A DNA stretch of 63,833 nt, filler included, from Octopus bimaculoides (lineage: Eukaryota): the NCBI RefSeq assembly GCF_001194135.2. It is 5 parts of 5 records of this genome, joined end to end, with 100 filler letters (N's around TTAATTAATTAA, not from the genome) between each part and the next. Parts side by side here need not be neighbours in the genome. Positions count along the whole stretch, not along the records: positions 27,164 to 51,312 come from NC_068986.1; 4 more parts are not named here. The stretch is one strand, 5' to 3'. Each line of letters begins with the position of its first letter. Positions within the stretch are counted from its first letter, which is position 1. This document shows positions 38,406 through 51,412 of the stretch, piece after piece. The notes under the pieces are model-generated. The model ran no database searches and had not been told where the DNA came from. It saw only the letters and a list, made by a program, of their open reading frames with translations. A program made the position numbers and the translations under genes.

Positions 38406-40550
38406 AATCAAAACAACGTCAATTATGTCACTAATGTTCTATAGAAATCTGATTATAGCCAATTAAGAAACGTATGGGAAAAGCCGTCTAAATGAAAAGA
38501 AAGAACTGTAGACTTTACAGTCGAGTGCAGAACTAAAATTCGTGTCGAACTGTGTTCACAACCCAGTTTTAACGCAGAATGAGACAATCAGGCGCGACTG
38601 TCTGGACGCTGACGATTTAGCACGGCTGACTGGACATACAACATGTTTTGGCAACAGTGCGTTTTGGCATTGGAGGCTAACAAACATGCGCACAGTCGTG
38701 CAGAAATATACGCATTAAGTTAGAGAGGGTGAGAGAGATTGGCACTTAGGACTTTCTTACTGTAATGTAAGTTCATCTGGTATCTCACATAAATATTTGT
38801 TTAAGTGTTCTTTGAACACACCCGCGTACATACAACGGAAACAGAAAATATGTATGTGTGTGAGTGTGTGCGAGTGTGGGTGTATACAAGACACGACTGT
38901 CTGGTTTTGATCAACATGAAACCTCAAGCCTGCAATTAATCCACTGAACGAACTTCATACAACCAATATTATATACAAATATCAGTGTTTATGCAAAAGT
39001 TGTAAACTTCACGACTCAAACAGTCACATTGGACACATATGTACAACATTTTCTCAATGATTGATCATGTATTTACTAGGATCGATTGCAACATATTCTA
39101 TAAAGAATACGAAACAAACATTACATAGAAAAACAAAATTTGATATCGTTGCCGTCAGGTGTAGAATTCCACGAGAAATATAGAATTTAACAATAGTAGC
39201 GTTAAACAATATTAAATCTGTCGATGATGATTTNNNNNNNNNNCAATTAATCCACTGAACGAACTTCATACAACCAATATTATATACAAATATCAGTGTT
39301 TATGCAAAAGTTGTAAACTTCACGACTCAAACAGTCACATTGGACACATATGTACAACATTTTCTCAATGATTGATCATGTATTTACTAGGATCGATTGC
39401 AACATATTCTATAAAGAATACGAAACAAACATTACATAGAAAAACAAAATTTGATATCGTTGCCGTCAGGTGTAGAATTCCACGAGAAATATAGAATTTA
39501 ACAATAGTAGCGTTAAACAATATTAAATCTGTCGATGATGATTTTACGAGTTACAACTTATTTTTCATGATCTCTCGTGGCCTTCTGCAAAATATAGCTA
39601 AGCACCATAATCATAATTTTATTCAGAGTATAAGACCAAGAAAATATTGAAACGTCAGTGAAATTAAGAACGCTATTGCTCCAGACTAAACACACGAGAC
39701 TAATTAGGAGATATGAAAAATCTTTAATAAAAAAAAGATTAAACTCAAAAATAATCATATCTATACTATGGCGTGTTTCAAAGAAAAGCTGTTCTATGCA
39801 CACACACACACACACACAGATACACACGCAGACACACAGATATACGCACATATAGATACACACATACAGATAGAGAGATGTACACGCACACACAGTCATC
39901 CGCTCAGACACACACACTCGTTTGATTCATGGCAAATTATCTTGTTATCGAGGATTTAAAAGTCTTAAGTGCCTATCTAATCAAGCGCGGTTTAGTCCAT
40001 ATGTTCATAATGGCACGCAAAACCGATAGCAAACCGAGTCAGCAGTTAACTTAAATCCACAAACTCTCTTTGTTTCTTTCTCTCTCTCTCTCTATCTCTC
40101 TGTCTGTCTCTCGCTCTCTCTCTCTTTCTCTCTCACACACACACGCACAACACACAGGCACGCACTCTCATTCACACACACATACACATTCTCTTACACA
40201 CATTCACACACACACATTCACGCTCACATATATATACTCTGTCTGTCTTACGCACACATTAGCACGCATGGACACAGACATAGACACACATACATGCATA
40301 CGCACACACACACACACACACACACGTTTCGCTACACTAGCCAATCTTGTCTTGGATAGAGTTTATGAACATGGACATGAAAATGCTGGGTAACGAAAGG
40401 CTGTAATGCTGGAGTTACAACTAAAATGCTAAATATCAATCAATCATACAGCATTAATTTAAAAAACATTTGTTAATGATAATAGTTGTAATCCACTACT
40501 ACACTACTACCTATCTACCTACCAACTTACATATGATATATATATATATA

Positions 40551-41801
40551 CAGGGGTTGGACAAAATAATGGAAACACCTAGCATCATAGCATCATAATT
40601 TTGAAATATGTATAAAACCGTCAAAAGCTTGTTTATGTTTATGTTTTTGATTTATTATTAGGGTTGCTTAATATGTTTTACTAAAATTGCTGTTTCTTTT
40701 CAAATATCGTTAGAAAAAGGTAATTAAAATTCATTAAAATGACAAATCTATCGGACGTTCAAAGAGGTCAAATTGTTGGTGCTCGTATGACAGGCGCTAG
40801 CGTAAGGAAAGCTGAAATGTTTGGTGTATCAAGAAGTACTGACTCGAAAGTAATGACAGCTTTTGAGAGAGAGGGAAAACCTCCTCGTCGAAACAAAACT
40901 CCAGAAGAAAACCAAAACTTTCAGATAGGGGCCGTTGGATTCTTACGCGAATTGTTAGAAAGGATCATAAAAATGCAGCTCCCAAAATTACTGCAGAGCT
41001 TAATGACCATCTCCAGAATCCAGTTTCTACAAAACTGTTAGCCGGGAGCTGCACAAAGCCGGGAGGGCTGCAATCAGAAAACCACCACTTTCAAAAACAA
41101 ACGTTGCAATGCGTTTAGAGTGGAGTAAAAACCTACAGAATTGCTCCCTAGAGCAGTGGAAGAATGTTATTTTTTCGGACGAGCCATCCTTTACCTTATT
41201 TCCAACCACCGGTCGAGTATACGTGTGGAGACAGCCAAAAGAAGCATTTGACCCGGACTGTCTTCTTCCAACTGTTAAACATGGAGGAGGATCTGTGATG
41301 ATCTGGGGGGCTATAACTTGGAAATCCGCCGGCCCAATGGTTTCCCTTCATGGCAGAATTAATAGTCAACACTATTTAAGCATTTTATCTGATCAAATTC
41401 ATCCTATGGTTGCGGAACTGTTTCCGGAGGGAAATGCAATCTTTTAGGATGATAATGCTCTAATTCACACAGCTAAAGTTGTTACTGAATGGCACGAAGA
41501 ACATTCTAGTGAAGTTGAACATCTTATCTGGCCACCACTGTCCCCAGATCTCAATATTATTGAATATTTATGGTGCATTTTAGAAAAATAAGTAAGGAGT
41601 CGATATCCTCCACCATCATCACTACAAGAACTGGAGACTGTTTTAGCCGAAGAATGGACAAAATTCCTTAGGAAGCAATTCAAACTTTGTACGAGTCCAT
41701 ACCTCGTAGAATTCAAGCTGTTATTACTGCCAAAGGCAGTCATACCCCATATTAAAATAAATTTGTTTGAAGGTGTTTCCCATTATTTTGTCCAACCCCT
41801 G
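40551..41801 (+). mobile_element. Full-length Tc1-like (DD34E) transposon with disabled transposase
   Basis: Near-perfect ~30-bp TIRs caggggttggacaaaataatgg(g)aaacacct flanked by TA. Motifs LSDVQRGQIVGAR, WKNVIFSDE, TVKHGGGSVMIWG, (Q>stop)DDNA.IH, WPPLSPDLNIIEYLW; frameshifts and stops. Confidence 0.96.
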
Positions 41802-41847
<46 letters not shown>

Positions 41848-42263
41848 TGTATGTATNNNNNNNNNNNNNNNNNNNNNNNNNNNNNNNNNNNNNNNNNNNN
41901 NNNNNNNNNNNNNNNNNNNNNNNNNNNNNNNNNNNNNNNNNNNNNNNNNNNNNNNNNNNNNNNNNNNNNNNNNNNNNNNNNNNNNNNNNNNNNNNNNNNN
42001 NNNNNNNNNNNNNNNNNNNNNNNNNNNNNNNNNNNNNNNNNNNNNNNNNNNNNNNNNNNNNNNNNNNNNNNNNNNNNNNNNNNNNNNNNNNNNNNNNNNN
42101 NNNNNNNNNNNNNNNNNNNNNNNNNNNNNNNNNNNNNNNNNNNNNNNNNNNNNNNNNNNNNNNNNNNNNNNNNNNNNNNNNNNNNNNNNNNNNNNNNNNN
42201 NNNNNNNNNNNNNNNNNNNNNNNNNNNNNNNNNNNNNNNNNNNNNNNNNNNNNNNNNNNNNNN

Positions 42264-42302
<39 letters not shown>

Positions 42303-42321
42303 TACATATATATATATATAT

Positions 42322-42352
<31 letters not shown>

Positions 42353-42451
42353 CCTATATATACATACTCACATTCAAATATATGTATGTATATACATACA
42401 AATATATATGTATATTTACACATTTATATGTGTATGTGTGTGTGTGTGTGA

Positions 42452-42680
42452 AGTGCCGTGGCTTAGTAGTTAGCATATTCGGCTGACGATCGTAAGGTAG
42501 TGAGTTCGATTCTAGGTAGGGCATTGTGCTCTTTGAGCAAGACCTATTTCCCGCAACTCCAGTTCACTCAGCTGGCAACAATGAGTCGCCAGCTTTGTCA
42601 CATTTTGTGTTGCGCTGAAACAACATCTCAGCGAAATATGTTAAGGGTACGTGTGTCTGTATAGTGCTCAGCTAATTTCA
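42452..42680 (+). mobile_element. SINE family C copy
   Basis: gtggcttagtagttagc...gtgagttcgattc...ctttgagcaagac...ccagttcactcagctggcaacaatgagt. Confidence 0.65.
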
Positions 42681-42808
42681 CGTTACTTTTTTGCCTTCAA
42701 TGGTAAAAAGTACTCTCGCCAAAAGAGGTTTAGTATCCAATCAGCCTTGCCAAATCGCTAACATCCAAACAGCTACTCCCAATCGTCTCGCTCTGTCCGT
42801 TGCAACAG

Positions 42809-42878
42809 AAGTGGACCATAAAGACGACTCAAGAATCAGGCAGTGATGTTAGTGGTGTTAAACTGGGCGACGAATTAG
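42809..42878 (+). CDS. Weak candidate exon (KWTIKTTQESGSDVSGVKLGDEL)
   Basis: Acceptor cgtctcgctctgtccgttgcaacag| and donor TAG|GTAAGA; single open frame; no neighbours or homology recognised. Confidence 0.2.
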
Positions 42879-42976
42879 GTAAGAACAGGTAATGAAGGCA
42901 TGTAGGCTTAAAAGGGAAACCTGTGAAATATATTTGTTGCGTGAACAACAGCCGCTCCCTAGAATGAGAAAGAAAT

Positions 42977-43034
<58 letters not shown>

Positions 43035-43589
43035 CGCGAGCGAGAGAGGGAAATGAAGTAGAAAGATAACAAAAAAATGTGTGTATGTGTGCTTATATGT
43101 GTGAAGATGAGATAGAAACTGAGAGCAGAAGGCTAACCATAATAACTCAGTAGAGCTCCCTATTTAGAAAGTTATAAAACACGGGGAAGTGGGTGCATGT
43201 TATCAGTTATAATGACCCGTCCCCCACCCTACCGTCACATATTAATAGAATAAAGTCTCCCACCACCTCGTCTCCTCAGTGAAACTAGAAACCGTAGGAT
43301 ATGGTATTTATCTTATAACGGTTGGTGAAGGATAGAATGAGGTATTAAGTGAAAAGGATTGAGACAATGTGTTTACCACTACACGTGAGCCACATGTGTG
43401 TATATTTGTGTATATTTGTGTATGTTTATATGTGTGTTAAGATAGAAAGAATGAGAGAGAGAGAGAGGGGGGAGGAGGGAGAAGGGAAAAGTGGAGTCGA
43501 ACTTAGTCGCGTGGATGAGGATGAGCGAAAGAGAAAGGTAGAAGTTAAAAGAATACAGAGAAGTTAAATGAGAAAGTGAGAAATAAAAA

Positions 43590-44020
<431 letters not shown>

Positions 44021-45088
44021 AGAAAGTGAAGTATGGGGCATTTTGATAGGAAACCAATTGAAGATAAGATGAAAGAGAATAACAGATAAGACGAAGCAGA
44101 ACAAAGAACAACAACATTCGGAAATGAATGATGGCATGAGAGACACACGAGGGACACATGTTTTGGATTTTCTTTTCAGCTTCTGCGTTTATGGTGATGT
44201 ATATGTATGTGTGTGCGTGTGTAGCCATGCTGGGACACCGCCTAGAAGAATTTCTAGTCGAATGAATCGACCCCAGTACTATTTTTTGAAGTCTGGTACC
44301 TACTATATATACATGTTTATGTGTGTGTGCATGAGTGTGTGTCTGAGTATTGGCTGTGGAAGTCTATCCTCCTACTCGCTTTCTTCCTCTCTCTCTCTCT
44401 CTCTCTCCCTCTCTCTCTCTCCCTCTCTCTTTCTCTCTCTCGCTCTCTCTCACTCATTCTCTTTCTCTTTCTCTCCCCGCTCTCTCTCTCACTTTCACAC
44501 GACCTCGGTGTTGTCCGAAAGAAGTTTAAGTACCAGAACATCCCATTTCCAATCGCTCCAGCGCTAACTAACATTTCACAGCTAATTAAGAACAAAACAA
44601 AACAAACAAGCGAAAAAAAAAAAANNNNNNNNNNNNNNNNNNNNNNNNNNNNNNNNNNNNNNNNNNNNNNNNNNNNNNNNNNNNNNNNNNNNNNNNNNNN
44701 NNNNNNNNNNNNNNNNNNNNNNNNNNNNNNNNNNNNNNNNNNNNNNNNNNNNNNNNNNNNNNNNNNNNNNNNNNNNNNNNNNNNNNNNNNNNNNNNNNNN
44801 NNNNNNNNNNNNNNNNNNNNNNNNNNNNNNNNNNNNNNNNNNNNNNNNNNNNNNNNNNNNNNNNNNNNNNNNNNNNNNNNNNNNNNNNNNNNNNNNNNNN
44901 NNNNNNNNNNNNNNNNNNNNNNNNNNNNNNNNNNNNNNNNNNNNNNNNNNNNNNNNNNNATACAATATATAATATGATATACAATATACAATATAAAATA
45001 AAATAAAATAAAAATGGATGGCACCATGAAAGAAAGTATTGAATGTAGATGAAATATTGAGTGTTCAATATAAAGGATCAAATATATA

Positions 45089-45120
<32 letters not shown>

Positions 45121-45190
45121 AAGGCGACTCGAGTTTCAGGGCTATTTCCCTTCGTCATGGCCGGTATGACAGACTTTAACAGACTGTCTG

Positions 45191-45237
<47 letters not shown>

Positions 45238-45644
45238 AAATAGTAAATGAGTATATGCATATATACGTACAGGTATGTGCATACCGACATCCATAATATT
45301 TGCATGTTATATTATATAACTATATATGTGTATATTTATGTAAGAGTGTGCTTCTGTGTATGTGTGTGCCTGTGTTTGAGTGTACATACATATATACACA
45401 TGCCGAGAAGCACACCTGCGTGTATATGCGTGAATGTGTTTGTATTATGAGTGAGTACGCACGCATATACGAACGAAACAAAAGGACATTCAATGCATTC
45501 TGTAGAGATATATTTATAACTAAACAGCTAATGATTCTCTACTGCATTACTTAAAGTTTTACGGAGACGCAAAGTACGTTTGTGATCTGTCAGATGCGAT
45601 TCTGAAAGATAACAGACGTACTTTACATGTGTTTGAAACTACAC

Positions 45645-45795
<151 letters not shown>

Positions 45796-45953
45796 TGTAT
45801 ATATATATGTGTATGTGTGTGTGTGTGTGCCTGTGTGCGTGTACATAAATATGTACATGATTATATGCATATACGTACGAATGCATAAATATTTGTATGC
45901 AGATACAAACGTACGCATGCACCCGCAAACACACGCCCCCACCTACATATACA

Positions 45954-46700
45954 ACAGAGATACCCGGCGTTGCACGGCTACCAGCTATTAGTTTCTATTA
46001 AAGCAAGTGGTTACGTAGGCCACTTTTATGCAATTATATTTACATATATTTTTTATTGCAATACAGATACGTGCTTAAACTTAAATTTTTCCAGATTCCT
46101 ATGAGGTGTGAAATTTTTGAGGTCGCTTATAATTTCGATTCTGACACTTAAGAAAATACTATGTTTTTATTTTACATCACATTTTTTTTTTTTTTTGTAA
46201 TTCTAAATTGATATGCAACACATGAAATAGAATAATTCTAACAGAAATGTACTTTAACCCAGCCAAATCTCTGGTGGGGAACAACATTTCTTGTTCTGCG
46301 ATCCGGTATTCTGATGAAAAGATGTCTTCTTGGCTCAGTAGGTCATTATGAACTAACAGAGTTTAACATAAGAGAAACATGGTTTTGCTATTTTAACTCT
46401 AAAAGAAACCGCAGAGGATTTGTCCTTGATACTCCGTTGAAGGTTATAGAAAAAGACAATCATTTGAACTGAATATGCTTGAACTGAAAAAGTATATATG
46501 ATGATATGAGGGTATGCGTGAAATGTAAACATCTTCCTTGGCACAATCGTCATAATGGTAGCTTCGATTACATGCGTCATGAGAATTTTGACAACTAAGC
46601 TTTTACCATTGCAGAATTTTGTTGCTGTTGCATCCAAATTTAGCGGCAACACAAAGATCTTTTGTATCTTCGCTAAATATGAACACGAGAAAGTGTGTAT
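45954..46700 (-). mobile_element. Decayed Helitron 3' end (PIF1-type helicase C-terminus plus terminal hairpin)
   Basis: Across frameshifts: LNLD...KFCNGKSLVVKILMTHVIEATIMT / CAKEDVYISRIP / LFQFKHIQF / SITFN / KPCFSYVKL / RTRNVV, matching RepHel LCNGTRL..VIEATILTG..VFIPRIP..FQFKRLQFP..AMTINK..PCFSHGQL..TKNVVY. Terminal CCGTGCAACGCCGGG hairpin (45963-45977) lies downstream in the same orientation. Confidence 0.8.
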
Positions 46701-47308
46701 TAATTTATCAAACGCACAATACACATGTTATAAACATGCATATTTATAGCCACATTTAAACAGCGTTTTAAACGTTTGATTCTATCATTAAATTTTGTTT
46801 GTATTTCGAGAACTCGGTGAGGATCTCTTTCTTAGCAAGCATTATTTCTCCTCATGAATTTTGGAATGAATTATTAACTTCTTTATTATTTATTCTCCTC
46901 TATGAATGCGCACATTTAACCCACATAACACTTTGAAAACAATTTAAATTTTAGGTACCTCATATTTAGTAATTATTATATTATGATTAAACTAAAAACT
47001 AGGTCGCATGACTTAACTGGTAAATCTATAAAAAATCCCATATAAAGTCTGTCTTTGATTTACTGAAATAAAATTTACATTAAAGTCATAATAAATAATT
47101 CATAAATGAGCAGAAATTAATAAGTTAAATCATTTATTAAAGGAAATAACTAAAAATTTGATCTTTTTAACAATTCTGCAAATTACAAAGAAGAGAAATA
47201 ATTTGATTAAAAAAAAAACATTAAATGAAGTGAAGAAAAAAAAATGGAGAATAACTAATATTTTATATCGAAATGTCATACGTTGAAAAAGTATTCAAGG
47301 TACTTTTA

Positions 47309-47503
47309 CGAGGATGTACTGAAAAGTTTCTGGCTTTGGGTAAAGAAAACACAGGAGGATTAGTTAATTATGATTTCACCCAATATATTCCTCTCTCAGA
47401 TTCACACGCTTTTTCCAAGCCCTGTAAAAGAACTGGGAATGTTGGGCCTCCAACCAGGTTTTTCGCGATACACTTAAAGCCAGGAACTTTTCAGCGATCC
47501 TCT
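47309..47503. mobile_element. Mariner-type MITE (195 bp)
   Basis: TA-flanked TIRs cgaggatgtactgaaaagtttctggcttt / aaagccaggaacttttcagcgatcctct, similar to the TIR of 23689-24816. Confidence 0.85.
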
Positions 47504-47772
47504 TATAGATAATTGATCAACAACAACATCGAAAATTAAATAATACCCGGCTGTATGTTTTAAATAAAGGTAAATTGAATCAGTCCGAAGATTAAAATTT
47601 TGGTATATCATAGGTATATAAGTCGAAACTTCGAAGTCATTGTCAACCTTTTTCTTGAAAATAAATATGTACTCTACTATAAAGTATTGAGTGATTTGTC
47701 AAATTAATGATAAATTGTTTTTGTATATAATTTCACATAAAAAAACATACACACATGTACACAAACAAACAT

Positions 47773-47809
<37 letters not shown>

Positions 47810-47894
47810 TACACGAGAATATATATATATATATAGTTCAAAAAAAGGAAAAAGACAAAAAACAATAACAAAAAACAACAACATGAGGACGTGA

Positions 47895-48066
47895 TACATA
47901 TAGTGTTACTAGACGCTCGGGAAAGGAAAGAGAGAGAGAGTATGACGTTTCGAGCGGAGCTCTTCGTCGTAAACAAGGAAAGTTCAAAGAAGGGAAAAAC
48001 GGAGGAAGAAAAAATCGCCACCGATGTCCACGAGGTTACATTGTGGAAGGACCGGAAGAGGAAGTG
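47895..48066 (-). mobile_element. Penelope-type pLTR-like repeat with hammerhead-like core
   Basis: Minus strand GTTT-ACGACGAA-GAGC-TCC-GCTC-GAAAC-GTC-ATAC then ctttcc.ttcccgagcgt, paralleling the 15741/26010 family; cut by an N gap. Confidence 0.55.
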
Positions 48067-49501
48067 NNNNNNNNNNNNNNNNNNNNNNNNNNNNNNNNNN
48101 NNNNNNNNNNNNNNNNNNNNNNNNNNNNNNNNNNNNNNNNNNNNNNNNNNNNNNNNNNNNNNNNNNNNNNNNNNNNNNNNNNNNNNNNNNNNNNNNNNNN
48201 NNNNNNNNNNNNNNNNNNNNNNNNNNNNNNNNNNNNNNNNNNNNNNNNNNNNNNNNNNNNNNNNNNNNNNNNNNNNNNNNNNNNNNNNNNNNNNNNNNNN
48301 NNNNNNNNNNNNNNNNNNNNNNNNNNNNNNNNNNNNNNNNNNNNNNNNNNNNNNNNNNNNNNNNNNNNNNNNNNNNNNNNNNNNNNNNNNNNNNNNNNNN
48401 NNNNNNNNNNNNNNNNNNNNNNNNNNNNNNNNNNNNNNNNNNNNNNNNNNNNNNNNNNNNNNNNNNNNNNNNNNNNNNNNNNNNNNNNNNNNNNNNNNNN
48501 NNNNNNNNNNNNNNNNNNNNNNNNNNNNNNNNNNNNNNNNNNNNNNNNNNNNNNNNNNNNNNNNNNNNNNNNNNNNNNNNNNNNNNNNNNNNNNNNNNNN
48601 NNNNNNNNNNNNNNNNNNNNNNNNNNNNNNNNNNNNNNNNNNNNNNNNNNNNNNNNNNNNNNNNNNNNNNNNNNNNNNNNNNNNNNNNNNNNNNNNNNNN
48701 NNNNNNNNNNNNNNNNNNNNNNNNNNNNNNNNNNNNNNNNNNNNNNNNNNNNNNNNNNNNNNNNNNNNNNNNNNNNNNNNNNNNNNNNNNNNNNNNNNNN
48801 NNNNNNNNNNNNNNNNNNNNNNNNNNNNNNNNNNNNNNNNNNNNNNNNNNNNNNNNNNNNNNNGTGGGGGGTGCGTGTGTGGAGGGGGTGCATGTGTGTG
48901 GGTGTATGTGGATGTGCGTGCGTGTGTTTGTGTGGGGTTGTAGGTGTTGGGTACGTGTGCGTGTGTGTGCGTGTGTGTGTATGTGTGTGTGTGTGTATGT
49001 ATGTGTGTGTGTATTTTGTGCGTACGCGCGTGTGTAGGTGTATGTTTTTGTGCGGGCGTGTGTGTTTGTATGTGTGTTATATATATATATATATATATAT
49101 ATGTTAAATATTTTAAAGCTTTATATAACAAACACGTGTTTCAAGTCAAGTGTCATTATTACGCAAGCCCTTTTTCGCCATACAATTAACTGCACTGGCA
49201 TTATCAGCAACAAATAAAAAGAGAAGTTCGATGCATGTTCTAATATATCTCAGTCATGTAAATTATTAGCAAGTTTATCGCTATAGCAGAATAGAGGGTT
49301 GCAGAGTGTGAGATAGTAAGATAGTGTTAAGAGACTTGGTGATGGAGATGAGAGAAAAGCGGTGATGGACATGCCCAGCCTCGTACACATCCAGGCAGAC
49401 CTCTACACACTCACGCACGCTCACATCTGCACGCACACAGACACAGACACAGACACAGACAGACAGACAGACACACACACACATGCGCGCGCCTGTATAA
49501 C

Positions 49502-49574
49502 GAACACGATTAGGGTTTAAAATTTACTACAGCTACTGAAATAGCTGTAGTAAATTTTAGGCCCGTTTGTGTTC
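49502..49574 (+). ncRNA. Candidate hairpin RNA / pre-miRNA-like stem-loop
   Basis: 18-bp perfect stem (49518-49535 with 49542-49559), 6-nt loop, extended by 2 G:U and 3 G:C pairs and a further gaacac/gtgttc helix. No expression evidence. Confidence 0.3.
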
Positions 49575-49786
49575 TTTGTTTTATACTTACGCCGCACCTG
49601 GAACCAACTCTGAGTCGGATCTATAGTTTAGATTGGATTTGGTACCTAAATATTTACATACCTGCGGTATACTACCAACACATGATGCCTCATGGTTGAT
49701 CTACCTTACTGAGAACCCTATGGTACCTAGCCAGTTCTGACGTCCTACGTTTAGACGCACTTAGATTCCAATTAATCCTGTAACTA

Positions 49787-49787
<1 letters not shown>

Positions 49788-49855
<68 letters not shown>
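49788..49855. repeat. (TATC)n microsatellite
   Basis: Tetranucleotide run. Confidence 0.97.
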
Positions 49856-49856
<1 letters not shown>

Positions 49857-50625
49857 TTATATATNNNNNNNNNNNNNNNNNNNNNNNNNNNNNNNNNNNN
49901 NNNNNNNNNNNNNNNNNNNNNNNNNNNNNNNNNNNNNNNNNNNNNNNNNNNNNNNNNNNNNNNNNNNNNNNNNNNNNNNNNNNNNNNNNNNNNNNNNNNN
50001 NNNNNNNNNNNNNNNNNNNNNNNNNNNNNNNNNNNNNNNNNNNNNNNNNNNNNNNNNNNNNNNNNNNNNNNNNNNNNNNNNNNNNNNNNNNNNNNNNNNN
50101 NNNNNNNNNNNNNNNNNNNNNNNNNNNNNNNNNNNNNNNNNNNNNNNNNNNNNNNNNNNNNNNNNNNNNNNNNNNNNNNNNNNNNNNNNNNNNNNNNNNN
50201 NNNNNNNNNNNNNNNNNNNNNNNNNNNNNNNNNNNNNNNNNNNNNNNNNNNNNNNNNNNNNNNNNNNNNNNNNNNNNNNNNNNNNNNNNNNNNNNNNNNN
50301 NNNNNNNNNNNNNNNNNNNNNNNNNNNNNNNNNNNNNNNNNNNNNNNNNNNNNNNNNNNNNNNNNNNNNNNNNNNNNNNNNNNNNNNNNNNNNNNNNNNN
50401 NNNNNNNNNNNNNNNNNNNNNNNNNNNNNNNNNNNNNNNNNNNNNNNNNNNNNNNNNNNNNNNNNNNNNNNNNNNNNNNNNNNNNNNNNNNNNNNNNNNN
50501 NNNNNNNNNNNNNNNNNNNNNNNNNNNNNNNNNNNNNNNNNNNNNNNNNNNNNNNNNNNNNNNNNNNNNNNNNNNNNNNNNNNNNNNNNNNNNNNNNNNN
50601 NNNNNNNNNNNNNNNNNNNNNNNNN

Positions 50626-50714
<89 letters not shown>

Positions 50715-51059
50715 CGCAGACACATACATACGCGTGCGCACGCACACACAGATACAAACGTACATATACACAGACATATAGATATATATAAGAACAAGAG
50801 TACACACACACACACACTTACATACACTCATATATGTGCGTATGTTTGTTAGCGTGTGTGTATGTTTAATATTATTGTTTTATTGGTTTCAGCCAGAGGC
50901 TATAGCCATGATTAGATGCCGCCATTAGCGTTAATGCTTGTTTATTTTAAACTCATTTCCTGGCTCTGTCTCCGGAATCAGTTCTGGTGAAGAAGTGAGT
51001 TGGACGAATCTGGTCTTCTTACCATAATGTGGGTTCATCTGGTATCTCAGATAAAAATT

Positions 51060-51293
51060 TAAATGTTCTTTGAACACAACGGCATCTGCTCCTCACAGAT
51101 ACCTTATGCCTTTTGGCCGGACAGAGAAGACGGGACTTTGATACTATGCAGTAGCGTCCAATTCGGCCGTTCAGAGTGAGAACCAAATAATATTAATTGC
51201 TAAGGGGTCAAAATCCCACAACTTTTCAATACCTAGCTAAAAAGCATAAGAGATCTCCGAGAAGCAGATGCGGTTGTGTTCAAAGAACATTTA
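51060..51293. mobile_element. MITE-like element with 35-bp inverted repeats
   Basis: taaatgttctttgaacacaacggcatctgctcctc / gagaagcagatgcggttgtgttcaaagaacattta (2 mismatches); a related single arm lies at ~38770-38822. Confidence 0.75.
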
Positions 51294-51312
51294 ATATATA
51301 TATATATATATA

Positions 51313-51412
51313 NNNNNNNNNNNNNNNNNNNNNNNNNNNNNNNNNNNNNNNNNNNNTTAATTAATTAANNNNNNNNNNNNNNNNNNNNNNNNNNNNNNNN
51401 NNNNNNNNNNNN
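51313..51412. other. Artificial contig/scaffold spacer
   Basis: 44 N + TTAATTAATTAA + 44 N. Confidence 0.92.

Noticed and set aside
38228-38434. Poly-Gln/His ORF suggestive of a transcription factor
   Set aside because: Short, starts at a TTG, has no domain or splice support, and is explained by a CAG/CAA microsatellite.
38933-39543. Exact ~300-bp tandem duplication
   Set aside because: The two copies are identical and separated by a 10-N gap, typical of unmerged contig overlap.
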